Positions 11,760 through 23,432 are shown, counted from the first letter of the stretch. The stretch is DNA of 64,000 bases from Octopus vulgaris (GCA_951406725.2 OX597822.1:92814001-92878000); one strand, 5' to 3'. Numbers and translations are program-made. Notes: a model not told the origin generated them from the letters alone.

Positions 11760-12844
11760 GTTATAACTACCATTTTCTAACTTATGTTGCCATGTATTTA
11801 TATGTGATGAGTGGATGCAGTTTTATTACTGTTTGGTTTCTGTCCAACTGGTTTTATTTCTCTTATATAATTTGTCTCTTCATTAGTGTAAATGGCGTGG
11901 TGTTGAAGAGAACTGGGTGAACATTTAATGGACTTCACAGTATAGCTGTGTAGTTAGGAGATTTGCTTACCAACCATGTGATTTCTTGTTCAGTCCCACT
12001 TCATGGCACCTTGGGCAAGTGTCTTTATAGCCCTGGGCTAACCAAGTCCTTGTGAATGGATTTGGTAGATGGAAAGAGAAGCCCATTGTACATATGCATC
12101 TATATATGTATGTGTGTCTGTTTGTCTTCCATCACCACTTGACATCCAATGTTGGTATGTTTACACCCCCATAACTTAGTGGTTTGAGAAAAGATACTGG
12201 CAAAATAAGTATGAGGCTTTAAAAAAAAAATGTTCTGGGGCCAATTTATTTGACTAAAAAATTCTTCAAGATGGTGCTCTACCATGGCCACAGCTTAATG
12301 ACTGAAAAATGTAGAAGATAAAACACTTGGACTTAACTAATTTGGGTAGATTATGAGATGCCAGTGCGAATGTTGAAGTAAGCAAGCAAACAAACGGGGT
12401 AAAAACAGCAGCACTTAATTTCTTGGTGGTTGGATATACTGAATAAGCAGGCTGTGTGTGTGCGTGTGGTACTATCATGCATTGCACCGAATCAAGATAA
12501 AACAAAGATCTTTATAAAACCTTTGACCTTTGGAATTTTGTTGTCGTTACTGATCTTCTTAATTAATGTTGTGACCTACTAATGAAAAAAAAAAAACCCC
12601 TGGGAATTAAGATTGTTGTTGTTGTTATAAATGTGATTACTTCATTCATTGCCACTTCCCCCTCCATTACTCTCATTGCTGGCATCATCATCATCATCAT
12701 TCCTTATAGTTTGTATGATGGGATGGTGGTAGAAAAAAAAAAGAAGATTAACAGTTGAAGGTTAGCGTTTCTGCTGTTGCTGCTGTTTTTTCAGGAGTTA
12801 CAAGTGAGAATCAAGCTTTTAGAAACAATAATAATAATAATAAT

Positions 12845-13290
12845 AATTTTACTATAGTTTCAAGGCCTGAAATTTTGGGTGGGGTACAGTTGCTTACATC
12901 AACCCCAGTACTCAACTGGTATTTGTTTCATCAACCCTGAAAGATGAAAAGTAAAGTTGACCTCAGCAGAATTTGAACTTGGAATGTAGAGATGAATGAA
13001 ATGATATGAAACATTTTGCCCAATGTGCTTATGATTCTGCCAGTTTGCCACCTTAATATTATTAATAATGGTAATAATAATCCTTTCTACTGGAAGTACA
13101 GGGCTTCAAACTTGGGGGAAGCGATCAAGTCAATTACATTGACCCCAGTGTGTAACTGGTACTTATTTAATCAACCACAAAAGGATGAAAGGTAAAGTTA
13201 ACCTTGGTGCAATTTGAACTCAGAATGTAGCTATGGGCAAAATACCACTCAGAGTTTCGTCCAGTGTGCTAATGATTCTGCCACATCGTT
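12845..13290 (-). mobile_element. Two tandem MetaSINE-like (family B) copies
   Basis: Reverse complement of the family B unit, flanked by (AAT)n. Confidence 0.75.
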
Positions 13291-14814
13291 GATTAATAAT
13301 GATGATGATGATGATAATAATAATAATACAAATAATAATAATAATGATTTCTTTATTAAGTACTAAGGGCTTACAATGAGATTGGGGAGATTACAATAGA
13401 ATGTAGAATTATACGAAAGTGTGTGAACAGGAAAATAACAGTAATAATAAATTTGAACAATGAATAATTCCCCCAAAGAGGGAGAATTCCATGGGCTCCT
13501 CTGGGTGAAACCTCATAAAACCATAGTTATAATAATATTAAGGGAGTACGAATGACAATGGAATGCATCTAGAAAGTTCCCCTCTAATGTACAAGTCCGG
13601 GTAAGGTTGTTTATGGAAGACCAGCAGTCTCTCATATCCACCAGCCTCCCCTCTCCACACCACCGGGGGATGTGGTGTGGTGTGGAGTGGCATTGATGGT
13701 GCTTTTTATGTGCCACTAATAATAGTGGACCAACACAGTCAGTGAGGTACGCAGTTTGGGCTAGTCCCGTAGAGATGACGAAATACATAGTGAAAATGAG
13801 GGACATAAGTTTCCATTCAGCAAATCCACTCCCAAGACAAAGTGTGCCATGCTGTGGGACTGAACTTGAAACCATGTAGTTGGGAAACAATCTCCTTAGT
13901 GACACAAGAAGCGTGTCTATACCTAATAGCCACAATCATTCAATTTAAAAACAAACAAAAAAAAAGTTTTTTTAGTCTCTTTAATTAGGCAGCAACATAA
14001 TCACACCCTCTTGTGTGCACACACATGTACACACACTTGCAACTGTCCTGTATACATGCATACATGCATATGCACACACGCACACGCATGTACACAGTTC
14101 TGACACTTTTATTGTGTTTGCTCTTGTTAATTTTATTGCTTGGTGATGTTGGTAGTTATTGGGTGCAATTGGTTGTTGTGTGTATGTGTGTGGGTGAGGA
14201 TTTGTTTAGCCTCTGATCTAGAGCACTGGGGTGGAGGCTATAATCAAAGAACCATTCTATTGAGGACATTATTCATACTATGTCTCCTTTGTAACCCTTT
14301 TTTAAAAATAAGACTGTAGGGTGTGATTTGAGAGATTAAGCTGCTGTTTCTAGCACGTTAAATGGCTGCCCTCCTCCTCCTCCTCTTCCTCTGTTTTAAC
14401 ATCCACTTTTCCATGCTGGCATGGGTTGGACGGAGTGTGTTGAGGTGGATTTTTCTACAACTAGATGTGCCCTTTCCATAGCCAATCCTCACCTGTTTCC
14501 AAGCAAGGTAGTATTCCACACTCCCCCACGGCCAGATGGGTTTTCACGAAAATCTGTGAACAAGGAACATCAATCACTTGCATGACGGTGACACTTGTTT
14601 ACAGCTATCATGTGAAATCAAGACAAGGAGACAGTAAAACAACACACATGTGCATGTGCACACACACACTCTCTCCCCCCCACACACACTCACACATGAT
14701 TGGTTTCCACACAGTTTCCATCGACCAAATTCTTGCAAAAGGCATTGGTCAGCCTAGGGCTATAGGAGAAGAAACTTGCCCAAGGTACTCATGCAGTGCG
14801 ACTACCATGTAGAA

Positions 14815-15285
14815 TAATACAGTTCTTATATTATTTAAGAAATGAGGAATTATTTACATTATTTACATTTGACAGATATTTGTCCTCCTCTTGTTTGTTG
14901 TTAACACAACATCTCAGCTGGTATACCCTTCAGCCTTCATCAGGTGTCTTGGGGAAATTTTGAACCTGGGTTCTCATTCCTAAGGTATTTTTGATGTTGT
15001 TATTATTATTATTATTTTTATTATTATTCAGGTCACTGCCTGGAATCGAAATCGGAATCTTGGGGTTAATAGTCTGCGCTCTTAACCACTATGCCATATA
15101 CCTACAGGCATATGGCGTAGTGGTTAATGATAACAACATCGAAAAATACCTTAGGGATGAGAACCCAGGTTCGAAATTTCCCCAAGACACCTGATGAAGG
15201 CTGGAGGGTATATCAGCCAAAATGTATAAACAACAAACAAGATGAGGACAAATATCCGTCGAATGTAAATAATATAAATAATGTA
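14815..15285. mobile_element. Palindromic tRNA-head + hammerhead element, copy 1
   Basis: Arms are reverse complements about a centre near 15100. TSD CCATGTAGAA (14805-14814, 15286-15295). Right arm GACAC-CTGATGA-A-GGCTGG..TCAGCC; most of the right tRNA head is deleted. Confidence 0.9.
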
Positions 15286-16006
15286 CCATGTAGAAGTTTA
15301 TTCATTTATTTGTAGTGTTGAGGCTGATGATTGTGTTATGTGAACAAATTTATTTCATCACTTAACGTCCATTTTCCATGCTGGTATGGGTTGGACGGTG
15401 CTACAGGGGTTGGTAAGCCGTAGGCTTACGCTAGGCTCCAGTTGACTGTTTTGGCTTGGTTTTTGTAGCTGGATGCCTACAATATTTTCTACAAAACAGC
15501 CAGCAGTTCCTGCCACACTAGGCAACCCATGCCAGCATAGAAAACGGATGTCAAAAAATGATGGCACACCAGCAAATATAATTAGTGATAATGGTGGTTG
15601 AGGTTACAGTCATTGCAAGGTCTTAGTTGTCATGGTACATACTTAACAGTTTTGTGGTTGATCTGTCCCAGCTCAGCCTTGTTTCAGCTGATCTATGAAC
15701 ACGTCATCTTTTATCAATGTGCAAAGGAACAAAATTGCCAAATATGTCCTTTTAGGTGACTCGAGGGAGATGTTGCTGCTATTTCTAGCAAATCAAATGA
15801 CTACATAGAGGCACTTGCATTGGTGGTAGTATTGTTGCAACTTAGCCCAGAGAATGCTCTGACACAGTAGATCTGTGATCCACAAGCTTTCTAATTGTGA
15901 CCATCTTGGTCTAATTTTTTCAGACATAGTACCTCAGATTTTCTATTATTCATTGGGAGGAGCGGGTTCAAGTCCTGTGGCTATCTAATGGCAACTTGTT
16001 TCATAG

Positions 16007-16168
16007 GTGCAGGAGTGGCTCTGTGGTAAGTAGCTTGTTTACCAACTACATGGTTCCAGGTTCACTTTCACTGCATGGCACCTTGGGCAAGTGTCTTTTA
16101 CTATAGCCTCGGGCCAACCAAAGCCTTGATTGGATTTGGTAGGCGGAAACTGAAAGAAGCTCATCATA

Positions 16169-16201
<33 letters not shown>

Positions 16202-16400
16202 TTGTATATGTTTGTCCCCCTATCACTGCTTGGCAACTGATGTTGGTGTGTTTACATCTCCATAACTTAGTGGTTCGGCAAAAATGACCGATATACTAAG
16301 TACTAGGATTACAAAGAATAAGTCCTGTGGTTGATTTGTTTGACTAAAAAGGCAGTGCTCCAGCATGGCCGCAGTCAAATGTCTGAAATGAATAAAAGAA
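16007..16400 (+). mobile_element. tRNA-derived SINE, family A, full length
   Basis: GGTGCAGGAGTGGCTCTGTGGTAAG ... GGCAGTGCTCCAGCATGGCCGCAGTCAAATGTCTGAAATGAATAAAAGAA. Confidence 0.85.
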
Positions 16401-16700
16401 TATCTTTCCATTTTTTTCTCAAAACAAAATAGGGTTTGATTTTATGTGTTGGCTGCTTTTTCTAGCAGGTTGAGTGACCACATAGTTGCTCCTTCATTTG
16501 GCTCATGATGCCAGTAGCTGTATTGATACCACAGATGATGTTGATGGTATTTGGTGGTTGTTGGTTATGGTGCTGGTTGGAGGTTTACTAGTTATGGTTA
16601 GTTTAGTCTGTTGGTTTTAATATTTTGCTGTCGGAATGTCAAATCATCAGATTTATAAACAAGCTTTTTGTTTTATTATTGACTCAAAAACCGCTCTCAG

Positions 16701-16724
16701 CTTAACAAGAACCTTCAAGAACAG
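16701..16724 (+). CDS. Candidate 24-nt microexon (LNKNLQEQ) with GC donor, host coiled-coil gene
   Basis: ctctcag|CTTAACAAGAACCTTCAAGAACAG|gcaagt; phase 0/0; upstream T-rich tract and TTGAC; peptide continues a heptad pattern into the 35324 exon. Confidence 0.5.
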
Positions 16725-17827
16725 GCAAGTTCATTTGTCATTTGATTAAGTTCATTAGTTTTACAGTTGGCTTCAGGTAATTTTTGCTAATACTTCACAC
16801 ACACATACACTCCTCTCTCTCTCTCTTTCTCTTCCCTTCCCCCCTCTCTCTCACACACACTCATATACACCCTTATTGCTTGGTTGGGGTGTGATGTCAT
16901 CAGAATTATAATGTATTATTTCCCCGTTCTGGATGTGTGTGTATGTGTGTTTTTATATTTGTAGTGATCTATTTTGTGCATGTGTATATGTGAGTGTTTT
17001 TTGTGTAAGAGCTTGTGTGTATGTATGTATGCAGTTGTGCATGTGTGTGTGTGTATGTGTATATATATATATGATGGACTCTCCCGTCATTAGACAACGT
17101 ATGAGGGTTCGACAATTTCATACTGAACAGCCACACCAATGATTTTTGTTTATAGGGGTCAAATGTTTGTGTAGACCTAAGCTCACTCCCCCCATCAGAT
17201 CGACATCAACTGTACAGGTGCAACTGGGTGCCACATGTCAGATGTCAAAATGATCACAGATCAACGTGAAATGAAGTGCTTTGCAAAGAACGCAACACAA
17301 TGCTCGGTCTGGGAATTGAATCCATGAACTCACAGTCATGAGTGCAACACCCTAACCACCAAGCCATGTGCCTTCACAGATGATATTGATATATCTACAC
17401 ACGCACACACACACACACTGCTGTCTCCTGCATCAAAATAAAAATCAAATGGAAATTGTAGTTGGACAGCTCAACAGGAGCTGACAAGCCACACGACTGC
17501 ATCAAAGTCCTATGTCAGCTTTGGTATGATCTCTCCGGCTTCCCTGCCAGTGGCATGTAAAAAGCACCATCCAAACATGGCTGGTGCCGGTGGCACGTAA
17601 AAATCATCGACCGATCGTGGCCAGTTCCAGCCTTCTCTGGCCCCTCTGCCGGTGGCACGTAAAAGGCACCCACTACACTCATGGAATGGTTGGTGTTAGG
17701 AAGGGCATCCAGCTGTAGAAACACTGGCAGATCAGACTGAAGCCTGGTGTAGCCTCCTGGCTTCCCAGACCCTGGTCGAACCGTCCAACCCATGACAGCA
17801 TGGAAAATGGACATTAAACGATGATGA

Positions 17828-18135
17828 TGGCTTGGTGGTTAGAGCATTGGCCTCACAATCACAAGGTAGTGTGTTCGATCCTCACACTGGGCTGTGTTGT
17901 GGTCTTGAGCAAGACACTTTATTTCACATTGCTCCAATTCACTCAGCTGCAGAAGTGAGTTGCAATGTCATTGGTGCCAAGCTGTATTGGCCATTGGACA
18001 ACATGGGTGGTGTGGAGAGGAGTGGTTGGTATGTGTGGGTGACTGCTGGTCTTCCATAACCAACCTTGCCCAGACTTGTTTCTTGGCCGGGAACTTTCTA
18101 GTTGCAATCCCATGGTCATTCATGACCAAAGGAAG
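17828..18135 (+). mobile_element. tRNA-derived SINE, family C
   Basis: TGGCTTGGTGGTTAGAGC A-box, GTTCGATCC B-box, body CTTGAGCAAGACACTTTATTTCACATTGCTCCA..CACTCAGCTG; relatives at about 29335-29607(-) and 41020-41300(+). Confidence 0.7.
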
Positions 18136-18548
18136 TCTTTATGTATATGTAAAACTTTATCTAGTTGTGTCCAACTCAATGACCTGTCCCCATAGTTATT
18201 AACTCTGGTAATGTTTGTTCTCTTTTGTGATGGAATGTTTAAGTATGATGCTGTTCTTCCTTCCACTTCATAAAATAGATGATGATACAGATTATTTATT
18301 TACTTATTTGCCACAAAGCTAACACAAATACAAAACATTAAAAATTCACCAGCAAAGATGAGATACTTAAGGAAATGTACCAAAATTCCTCATTTGTGCA
18401 AAAGGAACAGTGCATATAACCTCATATACATTTGTCTGTCCATTGGTTTACCTACCTACCTACCTATCTGTCTGTCTGTCTGTCTGTCTGTCAACCTTGC
18501 TGTCTGTCTATCTCCATCCATCCATTTCAGTACACACACACACACACA

Positions 18549-18617
<69 letters not shown>

Positions 18618-19385
18618 TCACCAAAAGTCATAATGGTCTATATAAATAATGTTTGTATCCATTTATCTACACATATAGGTGGTGCTCCAGCATGGCCACA
18701 GTCAACTGACAAACAAGTAAAAGCATAGAATCATAAAAGCATACCTGTGTGTATATGTATGCACACGCAGACACACACACAAGCATATGCATTTATCTTA
18801 GTGTAGGTGGGGTGAGGTTGGGTTGTGTCTCTTCCTGTAATACCTTTAGCCTTGTCTTTTATTCCCCAGAATGCTCTTTCTAACCCCTCCCCCTGTCATG
18901 TCTCACCCCCTCCTCCCAACCCATCCCTATTTAGCAAAGAAAATGACAAAAACAACAACAATAACGGCAATATTAATAACAATATTTCCTCTTCTACACC
19001 CAGCAAAAAGAAAAAAAAAAACAAACAAAAACAAAACGAAAAAAAAAAGAAAAAGAAAATAATGAATGTTTGAATTAGAAAACCATAACAATAACAGAAC
19101 AAAACTGCCCTGACCAGAAGTCTTTGAATGGAATAAATAAATAAATAAGACCAAATGTTTGACAAGCTTTAGAATACATATGACCAACTGGAAACAAAAG
19201 CTAAAATACTTCATACCTTTTCCAGTATGTCCAGATGTATGTATTATATATGTATATACAAGACTTTCTTTACCAACCTGTCGGTCATTTCTGATATATA
19301 TATATACATACATGTACATACATACAGAACAATCAAGAAACCAAGCAAACATCAATGAATCAATATACCTTTTGGTCTTATCAAC

Positions 19386-19762
19386 ATATGTATATAGATA
19401 TAGGTATGTGTGTCTATGTATAGATATATGTGTGTGTATGTATAGGTATGTGTGTGTATGGATAGATATATGTGTGTGTATGTATATATATATATGTGTG
19501 TGTGTATATAAATATATATATGTATGTATATATATATGTGTGTATATATATGTATATATATATGTGTGTGTGTATATTGTATATATATATGTGTATATAT
19601 ACATATATGTATGTATATATATATATATATGTATGTGTGTATATATGTATGTATGTGTGTGTATATATGTATGTATGTCTGTATATATATGTATATATAC
19701 ATATATGTATATATATATGTATATATATATATGTATATTTGTGTGTGTGTATATATATATAT
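19386..19762. repeat. Compound (TA)/(TG)/(TATG) microsatellite
   Basis: Visible directly; source of the Y/I/H/T-rich ORFs here. Confidence 0.95.
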
Positions 19763-19903
19763 AACCCATGCTAGCATGGAAAACGGACGCTAAACGATGA
19801 TGATGATGATTGGGGGAGAATTCACGAAAAAAACAAAAGACGAAGACAGGTGGTGTAGAAAACAAACAGATGTATTAGTATAATGCTCAGGAATTGAAAA
19901 AGT

Positions 19904-19937
19904 CTTATATTTCGAGCCTGTGCTCTTCCACAGAAAG
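19904..19937 (-). ncRNA. Degenerate minimal hammerhead-like motif, probable Penelope-like terminus
   Basis: Minus strand CTTT-CTGTGGA-A-GAGC-ACAG-GCTC-GAAA-TATAAG: perfect 4-bp stem II, variant core. Confidence 0.45.
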
Positions 19938-20430
19938 GAACACAGAAAGAAACAAAGAGAGAAAAAAAATAATGTGTAGTGGCTACTGATCTATCATGGT
20001 GATTGCTGGACAGAAGGGTCATACAGGAGAGCGAAGAAGTAGGGGAGATAACAAAGTAAAGGTGATCCCAAAACAAAGGTGCGCGTGAAAGAGGGCTGGT
20101 GGTCTTGATGTGTGTGTATGTGTAGGTGTGAAAATGTGGGGATGGGAATTATTCAGTGCTGGTGTGTGGGTGGTGTGTGTTGTGATGTGATGTGTAGTGT
20201 GGTGTGGTGTGATGTTGTCAGGTGGGGGAGGCGAGACTGAGGAAAGCACAGGTGGGGTGTGGTGTAGGCTAAGGGTTGTGGTATAGGGGTAGGCAGAGGG
20301 TGGGAGTAGAGGAGAGCGATTGGGATCACGTGGATGAGGAAGGCATGATCCAGAGAGTGGACAGCATGCTGTGAGCAGTGGTGTCAAATGGACGCCTGAC
20401 AGACTGGTCGGTCAAGGTGATATATATATT

Positions 20431-21181
20431 ACATGAGTAAGATGCAACCTTTCATGTGCATATTGCTAAATTGGCAATGAAATGTAGGCAGCTGACCGGA
20501 TGGATTCTTAGAACTTTTAGAACAAGAGACCAGGAAACCATGATGGTCCTCTGGAGGACATTTCTCCTAAGCCATTTTGACTATTGTTCTCAGCTATGGT
20601 CACCAACCAGTGTCAAATTAATCTTAGAACTTGAGGCAATCCAACGAAGCTACACGAAGAAGATAGCCTCTATGCAGCATATAAGCTATTGGGAAAGACT
20701 CAAGAGATTAAGACTCTATTTCTTAGAGCGTAGGCGAGAAAGATATGCCATAATATCTGGAAGATCCTGGCAGGACTTGTCCCAAACTTTGGCATTGAGA
20801 GTTACACAAATACTAGAACTGGGTGCCATTGCATAGTGCCAAGGACTCCAAATTTGCCATCAAGATGTAGTACAAGATACTGCAATAGCTTGGGCTTCAG
20901 AGGTGCACTGCTCTTCAATATCCTCCCGAAGGACCTGAGAGACCTGCATGGGGTGGATGCAGGTGTCTTCAAAATAAAGCTGGACCTCTTCCTGTCAGGT
21001 GTCCCAGATGAACCAACTTCATGGCAGGAGGTGCAGATGAAAGCAGCTGCATCAAATTCTCTCATGCACCAAATGTCAATTGCTAAAAAGGCATTCATGA
21101 AGTAAAATTATGTACCAACACCAAATGGCAGTGCCCCAGCATGGCCACAGCTCGTGAGCTGAAACTAGATGAAATAAATGA

Positions 21182-21184
<3 letters not shown>
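20431..21184 (+). mobile_element. 5'-truncated CR1/L2-group LINE (ORF2 C-terminus and 3' tail)
   Basis: GWILRTFRTRD..LLSHFDYCSQLWSP..LEAIQRSYTKKI..YWERLKRLRLY.LERRRERY and LLFNILPKDLR..FKIKLDLFL..VPDEP; one frameshift; tail GGCAGTGCCCCAGCATGGCCACAG. Confidence 0.9.
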
Positions 21185-21220
<36 letters not shown>

Positions 21221-21260
21221 TAAAAAATGGAGTTAACGCAGGTTTAAACAAGTATTTTTA

Positions 21261-21344
21261 CTTTCTACACATGTTTCGAAAATTCCACTGATACTATTCA
21301 AAAGAATAAATGGTATAAACAATGCAATCTTCTCTTCGGGAAAG
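21261..21344 (-). ncRNA. Type I hammerhead ribozyme variant in the PLE 3' end
   Basis: Minus strand: stem I CTTTC/GAAAG, core CCGAAGA, stem II GAAGATT/AATTTTC with a long structured extension, then GAAA-C-ATGT-G-TA (palindromic ACATGT, GUA triplet). Confidence 0.75.
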
Positions 21345-21598
21345 GGAAAAAAAACGAAACTCGTCAATATGACATTTTAGCAAAAAATGATAGATTTGTA
21401 TAGCGATAGACAGAACGCTATTAATATTGTTTAAAAAAACGTTATATGATATAACGTCATAAGTAGCTAACAGAAAGAGTAGGGATATTAATAGTGAATG
21501 TTAAATATAAAGGAAATTAAAGTTTAAATTATATATAATGATAGAGACTACTTATATGCACTAAATGTATGTTTCTGCCAATGCTTACATCTGTATGC

Positions 21599-23410
21599 TC
21601 ATTCTATAACCGTGTTTACTAGAGTATTTTTAGAAAAAATAATGAAAAATAGCTCAGAATTGCAGAGAAGACAGAATTTCTTGCCTTTGTCATATGGTAT
21701 CGAAATTGAAAGGATCAACCATTCTAAATGAAATTGTTCATTGTGGTCTTTTAAATCCCAAATCAGTTTGCTGAGACCGGTACTATTCCGTTTATTTCTA
21801 TCCCTAAATGTTGAGTAATGGATAGAAATTCTTTTAGATAACTCTAACGATGTGCTTCCAATGTAAAATCGTACTTTATTACGAGTACTGATTATACACT
21901 GGTATATAGAATTTTTAATCTTAGAGTTACTTGACATAAATTTAATTCTATTGGAATTGACTTCAGATACAATAACCTTGTTATTAATATTTCTAGAGGG
22001 TTGGATGGTATTAGCTAAATTAATGTTAGTATTAGTAAATGTATTAATATTTAACAGTTTGTTATTATGAGAGGATATAATTTGCAAGAGATTTTTTGTG
22101 TTAGAAAAACCTATCCTAACCTTATGTGAATTAATTAAAGAGTAATATCTAGAATTGTTTGGAAAATTCCTAGCAATAGCTTGACGAAACAGCAGTGGGA
22201 GATTAGATTTAATTTGTCTCCCGTAAGGAATTATTAACCAAATATTTTTACTAGTATTCATAGCGTAATTACTTTTGAAGGTGTTATATTTACTTATAGA
22301 TCGATAATAGGGGATTAAATAAGGGTTATCTGCCTTCATTCGCTTTGTATCGGTGCGTAAGTTATGTTTGTTATCAATAATTATCTTATCTACATTATTG
22401 AATTTACAATTAGACTGAGCAGAATCAATGTAGAAAATTTTATCTGTATAACCTGCTTTGATTAAGGCAGAGTTATAGAATTCAGCGTTATTATTGAAAA
22501 TATCAACATTAGCAGATAATTTAGATAATCTAAATGAAATATTCTTAACTAAATTCTTAGTAATTGCTCCAGGATGATTACTAAATTTGCTAATGTACTT
22601 AAGATTGGTCAACGGTTTATGATATGGGAAGTAAGAGTCACTGTGTAAATTAAGCGTAATATCTAAAAAGTTGGCCTTCGTCAGATCGTCATCAAAAACG
22701 ATTTTTAAGCCCATTCTACTGAAAAAATTAACTAAACTATTCTTAACCCTTTGTACCTTTTGGTTGGAAACATTTTGGAGGTAAAGTAAACAATCATCAT
22801 GATATAGACCTCCATAAATGTTAGGGAACTCTTCAGCCATTTCAAAAAGAATATATATACAGACCAAATCAGCTATCTGTGCTGAATCAGAACTTCCCAT
22901 TGGTATATCGAAACTATCTGGTGTGTCTTTACGGACCCACAACTTATCATCAAATTTAATAATAGTTCTTCTGGCTGCCAACACAACATTAATTTCTTCT
23001 CGGGTGAGACCAGCTTTGTTATGAGCAAGCCAAAGTGCCTTATTAAGTACTATCGGATTAATAGACGAATAAAAATTGGAAATATCAAACTGGATAAACT
23101 TAGTACTCACCTTACTGTTAATAGACCTAAACCAGTCAACTACTTCAAATGAATTAGTCCATAAACTAAGTTTTAATGTTTTGATTAAATTAGGAATATA
23201 TTTATCTAGTATATTTTTACTAAGGATACCGATGTCAGAGCTAGAAGGGCAGATGAGCCTTAATGATGGGTTAGTAAAAAAATTTGGTTTGTGATCCTTC
23301 AAAATGAACCGAGGTTGCTTAGGAACAAGTGGTTCTGTCTTCATTTGTAGGTTATATTTCTCCATGATTTTCATAGCCCCAATGTTGGCTTTCTTAAGTA
23401 TTGTTAACAA
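21599..23410 (-). CDS. Penelope-like reverse transcriptase + GIY-YIG endonuclease (603 aa, N-terminally truncated, probably inactive)
   Basis: RT motifs FIQFDISNFYSSI, FDIPMGSSDSAQIADLV, GLYHDDCL, NFLDITLNL, SNHP; endonuclease IYQC..FYIGST..KRISIH..; C-terminal CxxC. The frame continues past the TGA as AYRCKHWQKHTFSAYK*. Confidence 0.92.
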   Translation of the reverse strand: MLTILKKANIGAMKIMEKYNLQMKTEPLVPKQPRFILKDHKPNFFTNPSLRLICPSSSDIGILSKNILDKYIPNLIKTLKLSLWTNSFEVVDWFRSINSKVSTKFIQFDISNFYSSINPIVLNKALWLAHNKAGLTREEINVVLAARRTIIKFDDKLWVRKDTPDSFDIPMGSSDSAQIADLVCIYILFEMAEEFPNIYGGLYHDDCLLYLQNVSNQKVQRVKNSLVNFFSRMGLKIVFDDDLTKANFLDITLNLHSDSYFPYHKPLTNLKYISKFSNHPGAITKNLVKNISFRLSKLSANVDIFNNNAEFYNSALIKAGYTDKIFYIDSAQSNCKFNNVDKIIIDNKHNLRTDTKRMKADNPYLIPYYRSISKYNTFKSNYAMNTSKNIWLIIPYGRQIKSNLPLLFRQAIARNFPNNSRYYSLINSHKVRIGFSNTKNLLQIISSHNNKLLNINTFTNTNINLANTIQPSRNINNKVIVSEVNSNRIKFMSSNSKIKNSIYQCIISTRNKVRFYIGSTSLELSKRISIHYSTFRDRNKRNSTGLSKLIWDLKDHNEQFHLEWLILSISIPYDKGKKFCLLCNSELFFIIFSKNTLVNTVIE

Positions 23411-23432
23411 GGTAAAAATACACTCATCTATT

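Larger units (their letters stand above)
21218..23430 (-). mobile_element. 5'-truncated Penelope-like retroelement (Naiad-type) between (TA)n tracts
   Basis: Contains an RT + GIY-YIG ORF and a hammerhead in the 3' region; both ends abut (TA)n. Confidence 0.9.

Noticed and set aside
18927-19865. Long ORFs of 200-312 aa here and at 44363-45112
   Set aside because: Translations of TA/TG microsatellites, which lack stop codons; no protein-like composition.
21345-21547. SECIS element downstream of the PLE in-frame TGA
   Set aside because: An ATGA precedes a small hairpin on the minus strand, but I see no matching GA quartet or apical AA.
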